The position numbers and the translations under genes are program-made. The notes below the pieces were generated by a model, which did no database searches, was not told the DNA's origin, and saw nothing but the letters and a program-made list of their open reading frames with translations. Positions 7,761-18,013 of a DNA stretch of 64,000 bases are shown here, piece by piece; the stretch's first letter is position 1, and each line of letters begins with the position of its first letter. The DNA is taken from contig CAVSGO010000007.1 of NCBI GenBank assembly GCA_963727525.1, forward strand, positions 1,280,001 to 1,344,000, read 5' to 3'. The stretch comes from an uncultured bacterium (lineage in GTDB: Bacteria > Krumholzibacteriota > Krumholzibacteriia > LZORAL124-64-63).

Positions 7761-9943
7761 GGCACCGTGCCCTCGGCCGTGGCCACGTTGCCGGCCAGAT
7801 CCCACACCTGCACGCGCACGCGCCAGGGCTTGACGGTCGAGCCGGAATCGGGTCGCGGGAACACCAGATCGCCACGGAATTCTTCGGTCGCACTGTCGCA
7901 GATTCCGTCACGCGGATCGAGACGCTCGCTGGTTCCGTCCGGCAAGATCACCTGGGCACCGGCCAGCGGCCCACCGGCATCGCGCGCGCGCAGCGAAATG
8001 CGCAGGCCGGTCGGCACCGCCTCCAGCGTCAAACCGTCGAGGACGGGCGGCGTGTTGTCGACCTCGATCTCTGGCAGCGTACGCTGCGCCTCGGTCGCCA
8101 GGGCGGCCGGGTTGTCCGGCCGATCGCTGGCGCGCAGACGCACGGCGTAGTCGCCGTCGGGCACGTCGGAGGTATCCCAGGTCAGTACCGGATCAGGCGT
8201 GGGATCCGCGATCGGACGCCAAGTTGCATCGCCGTGGCGCTGATACTCGAGCTGAAATTCGAGGCGGTCGTGGTTGGGGTCGATCGCGTGCCAGGCGAAG
8301 GTGCGCAACGGACGCAGCGCCGCTGCGCGCTCCCGATCGAGGCGGCGGTCGCTGCGGCTCGTCGTGCTGTACTCCACCTTGAGGCCGCTGTCGAATTTCT
8401 GCGTGGCGTTGTCGTTGCCGCCGAGCATACCGCCGCTGACGATCTCCCCACCGGGCTGCGGCTCGAAGATGGTGATCTCGGGCGGCAAGTTCGGTGCGAA
8501 GGCGCTCACCGACACGGCATCGACACGCGCATCCGGATCGTTCCCGTTAAAGGTTGCCCGCCACTGAAGATAGCGGCTCGGCGCCACCGGGATCGCCACA
8601 TCGTCGCCGCGATCGAGGTCCACCCACTCGGACCACGTCGTGTCGGGATGCGCGCCGGCCCCCGTGCGCACGGCGAAGCGGACGCCGGCGTCGCGCGGCG
8701 TCGTGCGCGCACGCAGGCGCCCCCAGCGCACGGTCACGTCACCGTCGAGCGGCTCGCTGAAGGCCGCGGCATCATGGCGCGTCGGCGTGAGGAGCGACAC
8801 CTCGCCCGGATGGGCCTGGCTCACGACGAGGGTCGCGCCCTGCTTGCCGATGGCCAGCAGATCGAGGATGTCGCCGCCATTCCACGTCGCGAGGGGATGC
8901 ACGGCGGAGGGAGGATCGAGCACCATCACCGTGGTGGGCAACCCTTCGTCGCGCTTGCCCGCACCGACCCAGCCCCAGGTGGCGCTCCAGGCCGCGATCA
9001 TGAGTTCGCGATCGCTGGCCCAGATGCGACGCGGTACGTCCGCCGTGAGCGCGTAGAGCGCCGAACGCACCGGCCCCAGTCCGTTGTCGGGCGTGACGAC
9101 CATCGCGACCGCGGACCCGAAGGGATTGGCATCGGTGGGCTTGCTCTTGCCACTGCCCTGACCCGGGTCGGACGCCTGATCGTCGTCGCTGGCGAGACCG
9201 AGCACGTACCAGCCGTCGGGCCCGCGCAGGATCTGGCGTACCTCGTCCTGCTCGACCTCCAGGAGCAGCTCGGGCGCCGGCTTCTTCGCATGCGGATCCA
9301 CTGCGAATACGCGGCCGGGGCCTTGCGTGGCCACGAGGAGACGCCCGTCCGTGTCGACGGCGAGATCGAGCGCGTTCGTCGCGGGCAACGCGACGACCTT
9401 TTCCACATCGCCCTGGCGCGGCAAGCGGTACACGGCGGCCGGCGAACCCGTGGCCAGGTACACGGCGCCATCGGCCGCGCGCCGGATGGCCCATACGTAG
9501 CCGCCCTCTACCGCGCCGCGCTCGGTAACCGTGCCATCGTGATCGATCCGATAGACCTGGCCTTGCGGCCCGCAACCGGCGATCACCCCGCCATCGTCGG
9601 CGAGCAATGCGAAGACTTCGGTGGCCGGCACCTTGGCGAGCAGACGCGCTTTGCCGTCGGACGCGAGCCTCCAGATCTGCCCGTCGTGTCCACTGGCCAC
9701 CAGGTAGCCGCCGTCGCCGTCGGAAACCGCACGCCAGTACACGCGACTGCTGTCGGCGAGCGCCGCCTGGGCGGTGACGCCGGGGATGAGTCGTCCCTGC
9801 GCATCGAGAGCCGCGCCATGCAGTTCCGTCTCGGCGAAGGGGCGTCCATCCGGATAGTCCCAGTACACGGGACCGGCCGCCTCGGCGCGGCTGGCGAGGA
9901 TGACGGCGAGAGCGAAGAGGGGTAGCAGCGCGCGGTGCGTCAT
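7757..9943 (-). CDS. secreted beta-propeller protein with C-terminal Ig/FN3-like domains
   Basis: Signal peptide; repeated blade motifs (LATG.., G.VY.I); WSEW, RYLQWRA, WDTSDVPDGDY.VRLRASD. Confidence 0.8.
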   Translation of the reverse strand: MTHRALLPLFALAVILASRAEAAGPVYWDYPDGRPFAETELHGAALDAQGRLIPGVTAQAALADSSRVYWRAVSDGDGGYLVASGHDGQIWRLASDGKARLLAKVPATEVFALLADDGGVIAGCGPQGQVYRIDHDGTVTERGAVEGGYVWAIRRAADGAVYLATGSPAAVYRLPRQGDVEKVVALPATNALDLAVDTDGRLLVATQGPGRVFAVDPHAKKPAPELLLEVEQDEVRQILRGPDGWYVLGLASDDDQASDPGQGSGKSKPTDANPFGSAVAMVVTPDNGLGPVRSALYALTADVPRRIWASDRELMIAAWSATWGWVGAGKRDEGLPTTVMVLDPPSAVHPLATWNGGDILDLLAIGKQGATLVVSQAHPGEVSLLTPTRHDAAAFSEPLDGDVTVRWGRLRARTTPRDAGVRFAVRTGAGAHPDTTWSEWVDLDRGDDVAIPVAPSRYLQWRATFNGNDPDARVDAVSVSAFAPNLPPEITIFEPQPGGEIVSGGMLGGNDNATQKFDSGLKVEYSTTSRSDRRLDRERAAALRPLRTFAWHAIDPNHDRLEFQLEYQRHGDATWRPIADPTPDPVLTWDTSDVPDGDYAVRLRASDRPDNPAALATEAQRTLPEIEVDNTPPVLDGLTLEAVPTGLRISLRARDAGGPLAGAQVILPDGTSERLDPRDGICDSATEEFRGDLVFPRPDSGSTVKPWRVRVQVWDLAGNVATAEGTVP

Positions 9944-11796
9944 GGTCGCGTCTCCTGAGGAACGGGTTGGCGGGGCGGGCGCACGTCCATTGGCAGGATC
10001 GCGTATCCCTTCAGCATGACATCGAGATCGCGGTGCACGCGCACCACGTAGGACGCAACGGTGGGCGTGGCGTCATCGTCGGGGCTCGCGGCAAGTGCCC
10101 GACCGATGCTGCCGGGCAGGTGCGCCAGCTCGTGACCGCCAGCCACGTAGCCGGTCTGCGGTGTGATCACAGCGGCCACGAGCGTGGCCGTGGAACGCGG
10201 TCGCGAGAGCAATGAGAAAAGCGCCTCGAGATCGTCGTCCGCGAAGAGTCCGGGTGCGCGCTGGGCATCGAGGGTGAAGAACTCGTTCGCGCTCGCCACG
10301 CCGATACGGTAGGAACCGGGCGCCAGACCCGGCGGCAACGTGAGCGTCAGCTTCTCGCGCCGCGTGCCGCCGCGCCAGTCCTCGAGATCCACCACCACGG
10401 GGATCGTGGCACCGGGTTCGGCCACGGCCGGCGCGTGGGCCGTCACGATCCTCGCCGCGGCGACGCCCGAAGTCGTGGTCAGGCGCGCCATCACGCTCAT
10501 CGGTACCAGCTTCGCGTGGCGGTTGGTCATGAGCGTGCGCAGGATCGGCATCCACTCCGTGCCGATGGCGGCCGCGCCCCCGGGGCCACCTGTCACACCG
10601 TGGGCCCCGAGCGGCGGCAGGTCCTGGCCGTCCGCCGTTCGCCAGCGCGTCTGCAGGTCATAGGTCACGGTCTGCAGGCTCGCATCGTTGCCGTCGGCCA
10701 GGAGCGAGCTGTAGAGGCACCAGAACACGAGCTGGGGCGTGAGCTGGGGCTCGAGCGCCACCTGGTAATGGTAGGCGCGCGCGTTGCCCGCGACGTCCAC
10801 CTGCACGTCCACCGGCACCGTGGGCGCCCGTTCGCCTAGCCGACCCGCGAGCCCGGCGCGCTGGTCGCGCGTGACACGCCCCACCACGTCGCCGGTGCCG
10901 CCGAGCTTGAAGCTCATGATCCGGCTGGGAAAGGTCGTGGTGATCTCGGCCGTGGCCAGCGGCAGATCCACCGGTCCCAGCTGCAGGAATGGGTGCCCCA
11001 TCATCACGACCTGGTCGCCGTCGCGCAGGCACGTCGTACCGATGGCGCCGATCTGACCATCGCCGTATACGAGTGCCACTGCGCAGGCACTGCCTGCCTG
11101 CAATGTCGTCGCGCTTATGGCCGACGGTGCGGACGCGCGCCCGCCCGGCGCGGTCACGGCCAGCCCCAGGGGAAGACTCGCGAGTCCCGCGACCGTGTCG
11201 CGCGGTAGAATTCCCGGGAGCAGCCGGGCTGCCAGCGCGGCGGGCGTGGGCCACGGATCACCGGTCGGCGCCACCGCCAGCCCGGGCGGCGGCGACTGCC
11301 CGAGCACCGCGGCCGCGAAAACGCCGTGTCCAGGGCCGAAGACGCCGGCGGCCGGGACATCGCCCATGTCGGGCGACCCGGCGTTCGCCGCCTGGCGATC
11401 GTCCTTCGCCGCCACGCCGAGCAACTCCGCGGCCGGCGTGACGCCGGCGATGGGCCGCAGCGCGCCTTGCCATCCGGACGACACGGCGCCGAGCAGCTTG
11501 CCGTCGACGTACACTGGACTTCCACTCATGCCCTGCGCGACGGACGAGGTCTCGAGGTCGTGCCCGGACAGCTCCACGATGATGAGGTCGGCGCCGGGGC
11601 TCACGTTGCGTCGCACGCCGAGGACGGTGACGCCGAACGTGTCGATGCTCGCACCGGCGAACACGGTGAGACCGTAGCCGGTGAGGCCTGGATGCACGTC
11701 GTCGATTGGAAACACCGTGGGTAGCGCGGCCGCCGCGGCGGCAACGAGCATGCTCGGAACGAGAAACCCCGTCAGGCTCGCGATGAGGGTCTTCAC
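9940..11796 (-). CDS. SpoIVB-type peptidase S55 domain protein
   Basis: GLTGYGLTVF, VAQGMSGSPVYVDGKLLGAV, GHPF; signal peptide; GTG start approximate. Confidence 0.85.
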   Translation of the reverse strand: MKTLIASLTGFLVPSMLVAAAAAALPTVFPIDDVHPGLTGYGLTVFAGASIDTFGVTVLGVRRNVSPGADLIIVELSGHDLETSSVAQGMSGSPVYVDGKLLGAVSSGWQGALRPIAGVTPAAELLGVAAKDDRQAANAGSPDMGDVPAAGVFGPGHGVFAAAVLGQSPPPGLAVAPTGDPWPTPAALAARLLPGILPRDTVAGLASLPLGLAVTAPGGRASAPSAISATTLQAGSACAVALVYGDGQIGAIGTTCLRDGDQVVMMGHPFLQLGPVDLPLATAEITTTFPSRIMSFKLGGTGDVVGRVTRDQRAGLAGRLGERAPTVPVDVQVDVAGNARAYHYQVALEPQLTPQLVFWCLYSSLLADGNDASLQTVTYDLQTRWRTADGQDLPPLGAHGVTGGPGGAAAIGTEWMPILRTLMTNRHAKLVPMSVMARLTTTSGVAAARIVTAHAPAVAEPGATIPVVVDLEDWRGGTRREKLTLTLPPGLAPGSYRIGVASANEFFTLDAQRAPGLFADDDLEALFSLLSRPRSTATLVAAVITPQTGYVAGGHELAHLPGSIGRALAASPDDDATPTVASYVVRVHRDLDVMLKGYAILPMDVRPPRQPVPQETRP

Positions 11797-11889
11797 GAGG
11801 GCGTGACCGCCTTGTTGAGGGACAGGAGGTAGCTTGGGTGGCGCTGGAACACCGACGCGGAGGTTAGGTTCGCGCTTTTCTTTTGGCAA

Positions 11890-11930
11890 ACCACGAAACG
11901 ACGAAGCCCGTCCGTACGGCCGGGCTTCGT
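11890..11930 (-). terminator. terminator hairpin after tRNA-Arg
   Basis: ACGAAGCCCG-N10-CGGGCTTCGT stem followed by a partly T-rich tract on the minus strand. Confidence 0.6.
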
Positions 11931-11937
11931 GCGAGGG

Positions 11938-12014
11938 TGGTACGCCCAGGAGGATTCGAACCCCCAACCTTCTGGTCCGTAGCCAGATGCTCTATCCAGT
12001 TGAGCTATGGGCGC
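11938..12014 (-). tRNA. tRNA-Arg(ACG)
   Basis: GCGCCCATAGCTCAACTGGATAGAGC, anticodon arm TCTGG-CTACGGA-CCAGA, CCA end. Confidence 0.95.
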
Positions 12015-12050
12015 ACCGATCTCGTTGTGGTCGCGCGCAAGCGCGCTATC

Positions 12051-12141
<91 letters not shown>

Positions 12142-12154
12142 GAGGCCTCTATGC

Positions 12155-12241
12155 TGGCGGAGGGCGGGGGACTCGAACCCCCAAGGGTTTTCACCCGGCG
12201 GTTTTCAAGACCGCTGCCTTACCAGTTAGGACTAGCCCTCC
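12155..12241 (-). tRNA. tRNA-Ser(TGA)
   Basis: Anticodon arm GCGGT-CTTGAAA-ACCGC, variable arm, GCCA end. Confidence 0.93.
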
Positions 12242-12386
12242 CAAGGTCCCAGTCCTGAGACTCGCAAATCCCGAGGTTCACAGAATCCTGAGGCTTGCCA
12301 GTCTCGTGCGGTCGCCGCCCGCCCACGCTTCCACGTGTCAGGACCGCTCCGCAAGCCGAGGGCCGCCGGAGCGAACCGGCACGTTA

Positions 12387-14765
12387 CTACTTGCCCTTAA
12401 GCTTGTCAAGCAAACCACCTGCGGCCTTCTTCAGCTTGTCCTTGGCCTCCTCCTGCACCTTCGGATTCTGCAGGATCTTCTTCGTATCCAGGTCGAGGCT
12501 CGCCTCCGGGTCGCGCGAGTTCCCGGTGAGTTTCACGTCCAGCCCGATCCGCCCGTCGCCGTCGCGCAATCCGTCGGCGAGAAATGAGGCGTCGCCGAGA
12601 TCGGGCGTGAATCCGGGTGGCAGCTTCACGTGGAACTCCAGGTCCAGCGCGCCATCGAGCCCCACCGAACCGGAACCCGTCCAGTCCGTGTCCTTGCCGT
12701 CGATGTCCAGGTTCGAGAGCTTGATCTTGCCGTCCTCGATCCGGAAGCTCTCCTTGCACTTGTTGTAGACCACGTGCAGCAAGTCGGCGCGCGTTCCGAG
12801 GTACGGCTCGAGACCGCCGAGCATGTCCTTGAGGTCGATGCGTCCATTGGCACCATCGAGCATGCCCGTCATAGCGAGCGACGACGTGATGCGCGCCTTA
12901 TCGCCGAGGCGGCACGACCCCGAGGTATGCGCCTGGAGATTGCCGGTCCAGATGGCGGCGAGCTGCGGCACGTACGGCGCAAGCAATGCGCTCGCCGGAA
13001 CCTGGGAAGCATCGAGAGTGAACGTGGCCACACCCTGCGGATCCGTCGCATAGTCGACGTTGCCGGTTCCGGTGATGTCGCCACCTCCGAGGTCGGCGTC
13101 CAGGGCCGTCACCGTGAGCACCTTGTGGGCGAGGTTGCCGCTGAGTCCGACGCTCGTGTAAGGCGTTTTCATGAGCATCACCTTCGCCACCGTGGTTTTC
13201 ACCACCAGCTCGAGATCGGCAGGAATGAGATCGCCAGGCGCGGTCGTCCCCCTGGCCTCGGCAGCATGGGCGGCATCCACGAGCGACCAGCCGCTGCGGC
13301 GCGCTTGCTGATCGCCCGCCTGCTTCTGCATCGCCGCCGCCAACGCATCGAGGTCGAGATTCTCCACAGCCGCCTCGATATGGTGCGCCCGACCCTTCGC
13401 GCCGAGGGCGATGGTCATCTTGGCAGTCCCCTGCACCACCGGATGCGCGAGGTCGCTCAGCACGAGCGTCTGCGGCCAGCCCGCGCGGTGGAGATCGCCG
13501 GTGTAGTCGAGCCGCGGGATCTGCAGCGGTTCGCCGAGCAGAGGCATGGCCAGGCTGAGCTGCTGACCTTCGGCGTGCAGGCGGAACCGATCGAGCAGAC
13601 CCTTCGCCGGACCTGCCTGCCACGCCGCCTTGTCGCTCAGCGCCGGTGCCCGGGCCGCCTTCGCCTCCAGCGAGACTGTGAGCTTGCCCGTCAGGGATGG
13701 CGGCGAAGCGGCCCCCTGTGGCCGCGGCGGCAGGAACGCCAGCAGAGCGCCCGGAAGGGTCGCGAGATCCACCGTCCCGTGGAGGTCGGCCGCGAGAGGC
13801 CCACCTGTGGGCGGCAGCGTCATACTCGTCTGGCCCGCGAGTTCGGCGGCGCCGTCGGGCCCGGTGAGCGTGAGATTCTCGATGCTGAGCTGCTTGCCAC
13901 TCGCCGGCGCCAGCGCCACCTGGCCCACCGCCGTCGCCCGCCAGCCGGGCAGGCTCAGCTCGGAGACGTCGAATGCGATCCGGTCCGTCGCGGGCGGCAC
14001 GGTAACCGTCGTCTTCAGGGTCACATCGGTCAGCGGCGGCAGCGGTGAGGCGCCGAACCCGACCAGCTCGATCTTCGCGATGGTCGCGTCCAGGGCGAGG
14101 GAGGCGTCGCCAGCGGCATCGGCGGACGCATCGGCTTTCCCGGGCGCCGACAGGCGCTGCAAGCGTCGCAGCAACAGGCCCAGGTCCGGCGCCGTGAGAT
14201 CCTGCTGCCAGCCGGAGAGGGCGACGCGGCGGCCGCTGTCCGCGTCTTGCCACGTCACCGTGCCGTCGCGCACTTCCACGCCGGCGAACGCCAGACCCCA
14301 GGCAGCGGACTGGCCGCCACCGCCACCGCCGCCGCCACCGGGCACGCCACCAGTGTCGGTCGGCGCCGTGCGGGTGGCGATATTGAGATCTGGTCCGATC
14401 AGCCGGATCTCGCCGAACTCGAGCCGTTTCTTGAGCAGAGGCACCAGGGCGAGATCGATCTCGAAGCGTTTCAGCCCCACGTATCCGCGCACGAGCGGTC
14501 CGGGCTGCTGTCCCGCCCGGCGCAACCCTTCTGCCGTGACGGTGAGCCGGCTCTCACCGAGCACGAGCCGCAGCCGCGGCCACAAGCGCACGGAGACTTC
14601 GCCCAGGTTCACATCTCCGCCCGTGGCAGTACGCAGGCGCTCTACCGCCATGGCGCGCAGCTTGTCCCTGGGCACGAGACGCGGCAGGAGCACCGTCGCC
14701 AACACGAGCAGGCCCACCACCACCACGAGCACCGTCAGGATCGTGCGTCGTCGCGAACGCGCCAT
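12387..14765 (-). CDS. AsmA family protein
   Basis: N-terminal TM anchor, AsmA-like N-terminus (L..LL.KRLEFGEI.L..P), beta-rich body, C-terminal GSGSVGLDG...VKLTG..RDP. Confidence 0.8.
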   Translation of the reverse strand: MARSRRRTILTVLVVVVGLLVLATVLLPRLVPRDKLRAMAVERLRTATGGDVNLGEVSVRLWPRLRLVLGESRLTVTAEGLRRAGQQPGPLVRGYVGLKRFEIDLALVPLLKKRLEFGEIRLIGPDLNIATRTAPTDTGGVPGGGGGGGGGQSAAWGLAFAGVEVRDGTVTWQDADSGRRVALSGWQQDLTAPDLGLLLRRLQRLSAPGKADASADAAGDASLALDATIAKIELVGFGASPLPPLTDVTLKTTVTVPPATDRIAFDVSELSLPGWRATAVGQVALAPASGKQLSIENLTLTGPDGAAELAGQTSMTLPPTGGPLAADLHGTVDLATLPGALLAFLPPRPQGAASPPSLTGKLTVSLEAKAARAPALSDKAAWQAGPAKGLLDRFRLHAEGQQLSLAMPLLGEPLQIPRLDYTGDLHRAGWPQTLVLSDLAHPVVQGTAKMTIALGAKGRAHHIEAAVENLDLDALAAAMQKQAGDQQARRSGWSLVDAAHAAEARGTTAPGDLIPADLELVVKTTVAKVMLMKTPYTSVGLSGNLAHKVLTVTALDADLGGGDITGTGNVDYATDPQGVATFTLDASQVPASALLAPYVPQLAAIWTGNLQAHTSGSCRLGDKARITSSLAMTGMLDGANGRIDLKDMLGGLEPYLGTRADLLHVVYNKCKESFRIEDGKIKLSNLDIDGKDTDWTGSGSVGLDGALDLEFHVKLPPGFTPDLGDASFLADGLRDGDGRIGLDVKLTGNSRDPEASLDLDTKKILQNPKVQEEAKDKLKKAAGGLLDKLKGK

Positions 14766-14821
14766 GGTTCCTCCTTCGCCCGCGTGTGCCCAGACATCAT
14801 GGGCCTCGAGACATTGCGTGC

Positions 14822-15970
14822 CTAGGGTCGTGCCGCCACCAGCCGGCCGCCGCCGAGGACACGGTCGCCGTCGTACAGGACGACGGCCTGACCCGGGGCG
14901 GCACCGTGGACCGGGGCGGCGAGCGTCACCTCGACCGTTCCATCCGGCGCGAAAAGCGCGCCTTGCACCGGTACGCCCGCGTGGCGATGCCGGATGCGTG
15001 CGGTCCAGCCCGTGCTCCCGTCGAGCATCGGCCCCTGCGTCGGCAGGTCGGGCACGGCCGCCACAAAATCGTCGGCAAGAAGCCGAGTGGCCGCCAGTTC
15101 CTCACGCCTGCCGACCACGAGGCGATTGGCTCCGCGCTCGAGCGCGAGCACGTAGAGCGGCTCAGCAGCCGCCACCTGCAGCCCGCGCCGCTGCCCCACC
15201 GTATAGTGGACCAGACCGCGGTGCTCTCCCAGCGTCCGGCCCTGCCGGTCGACGATCGGACCGGGCCGGGTGGACGCCGGGTCATCGGCGAACAGGAAGC
15301 TGCGGTCGCCGGTGGGCACGAAGCAGATCTCCTGGCTCTCCGGCTTGCTGGCCACCGGCAGACCCAACGCATGCGCCGCCTCGCGCACGGCCGGTTTCGT
15401 GGCCCATCCCAGCGGGAACACCACACGTGACCACACCCGCCGTGGCACGCGCGCCAGGAAATAGGCCTGATCCTTCTCGATGTCGACGCCGCGCAGGAGC
15501 GCGCTATCATCGCCGCCGATCGGGTCCGTGCGCGCATAGTGGCCGGTGGCCACGTAGTCGCAGCCCATGCGGTCGGCCAGGGTGAGCAGGTGCGGGAAGC
15601 GGACCTGGCTGTTGCAGGCGAGGCACGGATTGGGCGTACGCGCCGCACGGTATTCCTGCACGAAGGGCGCGATCACCTGCGCCCGGAACGCCTCGCTCAC
15701 GTCGGTGACCCAGTGCCGGGCGCCGAAGCGATGAGCGAGGGCGCGCGCATCCTCGATCGCCTCGAGCGAGCAGCACGACTTGCCGCCGGGATCGGCGTGC
15801 TCGCCGTAGCAGAAATTCTTGAACGTGACCGTGCGCACGTCGCAGCCCAGCTCGCTGAGGATCGCCAGCGCGAGGGCACTGTCGACCCCGCCGCTGAGCG
15901 CCAGCAAGACGGAGGCGCCGGGCGACAACGCCCGGCGCAGTGGCTCGGCAATGGGCAACGTCACGGGCAT
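14822..15970 (-). CDS. mnmA: tRNA 2-thiouridine(34) synthase
   Basis: SGGVDS, TPNPC..CN, ATGHYA, KDQAYFL, KPESQEICF, YTVGQRRGL, PGQAVV. Confidence 0.96.
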   Translation of the reverse strand: MPVTLPIAEPLRRALSPGASVLLALSGGVDSALALAILSELGCDVRTVTFKNFCYGEHADPGGKSCCSLEAIEDARALAHRFGARHWVTDVSEAFRAQVIAPFVQEYRAARTPNPCLACNSQVRFPHLLTLADRMGCDYVATGHYARTDPIGGDDSALLRGVDIEKDQAYFLARVPRRVWSRVVFPLGWATKPAVREAAHALGLPVASKPESQEICFVPTGDRSFLFADDPASTRPGPIVDRQGRTLGEHRGLVHYTVGQRRGLQVAAAEPLYVLALERGANRLVVGRREELAATRLLADDFVAAVPDLPTQGPMLDGSTGWTARIRHRHAGVPVQGALFAPDGTVEVTLAAPVHGAAPGQAVVLYDGDRVLGGGRLVAARP

Positions 15971-15988
15971 GCGCTCCTTCGAGACCCC

Positions 15989-16747
15989 CTACTGCGTGGC
16001 GGGCTGGGCCGGCGCCTTCTGGAGATCATCGAGGATCTTCAGATTCGCCTGCGAACGTTCCCCGACGTCGCCGTCGGGATCGTACTTCACGGCGAGCTTC
16101 CACTCGCGCTCGGCCTCGCGATAGATCCGCGCCTCGGCGAACATCACCGCGAGGTGATAGTGACCCAGCGCGCTCTTCGGGTCCCGGTCGAGCACCTTCA
16201 TGAACTCGTCCTTGGCCTTCTCCGTCTCGCGCTGGCGCAGGTACAGGGCGCCGAGATTGCAGCGCGCCTTCTCGTCATCCGGCCGTAGCTCCAGGGCATG
16301 GTTGTACATGGTGGCGGCCTGCTCCACGCGGGCATCGCGCTCCTTCTGGGGCGCCATCATGTCCGAACGCGTGTCCCAGACGCCACCGAGATTGACCCAG
16401 CCCTCCACGAATGTGGAATCGGCGGCCACCGACTTGAGGAACCAGGTTTCCGACGAATCGAGAAGGGCCTTGGCGGCGGCATCGTTCCAACCGCGCGCCT
16501 TGGCCGTGTCCTCGGCGGCCGAATAGTAGCGATTGCCCAGCTCGTACTGCGCAAACGTCGCGCGCTCCCCGCCGCGGTCGGCGATCGCGCGCAGGGTATC
16601 CATCGCCGCGGGCTGCGGCAGGTCGCGAATACCATCGACGAAGCGATCCAGATCGCTCTGGGGCACCTTCGTCTCGCGACATCCCGCCGCCGCGACAGCA
16701 AGCGCCGCGAGCAACAGCGGCCAGGCAAACTTGGCGATCCGCTTCAT
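15989..16747 (-). CDS. tetratricopeptide repeat lipoprotein
   Basis: Lipobox AAGC; TPR patterns (WVNLG, RCNLG.LY, HYHLA). Confidence 0.8.
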   Translation of the reverse strand: MKRIAKFAWPLLLAALAVAAAGCRETKVPQSDLDRFVDGIRDLPQPAAMDTLRAIADRGGERATFAQYELGNRYYSAAEDTAKARGWNDAAAKALLDSSETWFLKSVAADSTFVEGWVNLGGVWDTRSDMMAPQKERDARVEQAATMYNHALELRPDDEKARCNLGALYLRQRETEKAKDEFMKVLDRDPKSALGHYHLAVMFAEARIYREAEREWKLAVKYDPDGDVGERSQANLKILDDLQKAPAQPATQ

Positions 16748-16807
16748 GGTGTTCCTCTCCTGTCCTCGTCCGGTCCTCTGTCTGGGCTTCGATCGCGACC
16801 GGCGGAC

Positions 16808-18013
16808 CTAGAAGACCAGCCGCTCCAGCCCACTCACCGAGATGCTCAGTCGCCAGGTCCGCGTGGACCAACCATTGTCCGCCAGGCTCCCGGCGAGACT
16901 GTACGAGAGCCCGAGGTCGATCTGCCCGAGGCGATTCTGGAACGGGAAACCGGTGCCGACCGCGAAGATCCGCTCGTCGACCGGGTGGCCGCCCACCTCG
17001 TACGCCCACCGCCGCCAGGCGAATCCCGCCCGCAAGGGCAGCCGATGGTGGTGCCCCGTGGGAAGGTACTGCAGATTGCGCTCGACGCCCGCCGCAATCA
17101 TCACCTCGTCACGGACGATACCGTCCCAATCCGGCAAGCCCCGGAACGCGCTCCAGTGGGCGAAACGCCCATCGACACCCAGATTCCAGTTCGGCGCGAA
17201 CGCCACCTTCAGGCCGGCCATGTATTCCGCGGGCAGGTGCAGACGAAACGTCTGGCGCTGCTGCTGCCCCACGCCGCCGAGGCTCGACGTACGCTCGAGA
17301 TCGGCGGAGAAACCGGGCGAGAACGTCACACCGAGCGAGACCCGGCCCGGTGGCGTGATGAGCGCGCTCAGCGTACCGGTGACGCCGTCGAGCACGTCCT
17401 CCTGATCGAGCTTGTTGGCCACGTACGTGCTCGGCGGCACCGTGACGACAGACGTGCGTTCCTCGTTGATCGGACCGCGCACGAAATCGAAACTCGCCCC
17501 GACGGCCAGCGCGGATGTCGCCCGCCAGGAGAGACCGACGGGCACGCGGAAGAGCGTGCCCTCCCGCGTGAGGGTGGAGTATCCGACGAGCGTGTCGCCC
17601 TCGACGTCCCAGGTCGCCGGGACGCGCAGATCGTACTGCAGCGAGCGCCTGAGGTCAAAGCCGCCGTGGAGCGCCAGGCGCCCCGAAATCAGAGGCAGGG
17701 CCAGGCGCGCCTGCGGCAGCAACACCCGGGTCGTGGTGCGTACCGCGGCGTCACCTTCGGACCGCGTGCGTTCCCCGTAGCCGCTGAAATAGACGAAGAG
17801 GTGCCGCAGATCCGCGAGCGATGCGGGATTGAGGAATCCGGGCGCCAGCGTGTCGTGGTCGGCCACGCCCCAGCCGCCGCGCCCCGCGTCGCGCGCGGAA
17901 CCCGATACGATGTCGGCGCCGGGTCCGACGAGCGCGATAGGCGACTGGGCCAAGGCCGGCACCGCGAGCAGCGCCCCCAGCAGGGTCAGAGCGACGGTTG
18001 TCCTCCAGGTCAT
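16808..18013 (-). CDS. outer-membrane beta-barrel, FadL/PorV-like
   Basis: Signal peptide, SARDAGRGGWGVA...NPASLA N-terminal motif, amphipathic strands, terminal F. Confidence 0.7.
   Translation of the reverse strand: MTWRTTVALTLLGALLAVPALAQSPIALVGPGADIVSGSARDAGRGGWGVADHDTLAPGFLNPASLADLRHLFVYFSGYGERTRSEGDAAVRTTTRVLLPQARLALPLISGRLALHGGFDLRRSLQYDLRVPATWDVEGDTLVGYSTLTREGTLFRVPVGLSWRATSALAVGASFDFVRGPINEERTSVVTVPPSTYVANKLDQEDVLDGVTGTLSALITPPGRVSLGVTFSPGFSADLERTSSLGGVGQQQRQTFRLHLPAEYMAGLKVAFAPNWNLGVDGRFAHWSAFRGLPDWDGIVRDEVMIAAGVERNLQYLPTGHHHRLPLRAGFAWRRWAYEVGGHPVDERIFAVGTGFPFQNRLGQIDLGLSYSLAGSLADNGWSTRTWRLSISVSGLERLVF

Noticed and set aside
7757-11930. Mobile element inserted at tRNA-Arg
   Set aside because: No att-like repeat or recombinase; the genes are translationally coupled to tadA
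12155-12241. Possible tRNA-Sec (plus strand reads TTCA)
   Set aside because: The gene is on the minus strand with anticodon TGA and a 7-bp acceptor stem, so it is tRNA-Ser
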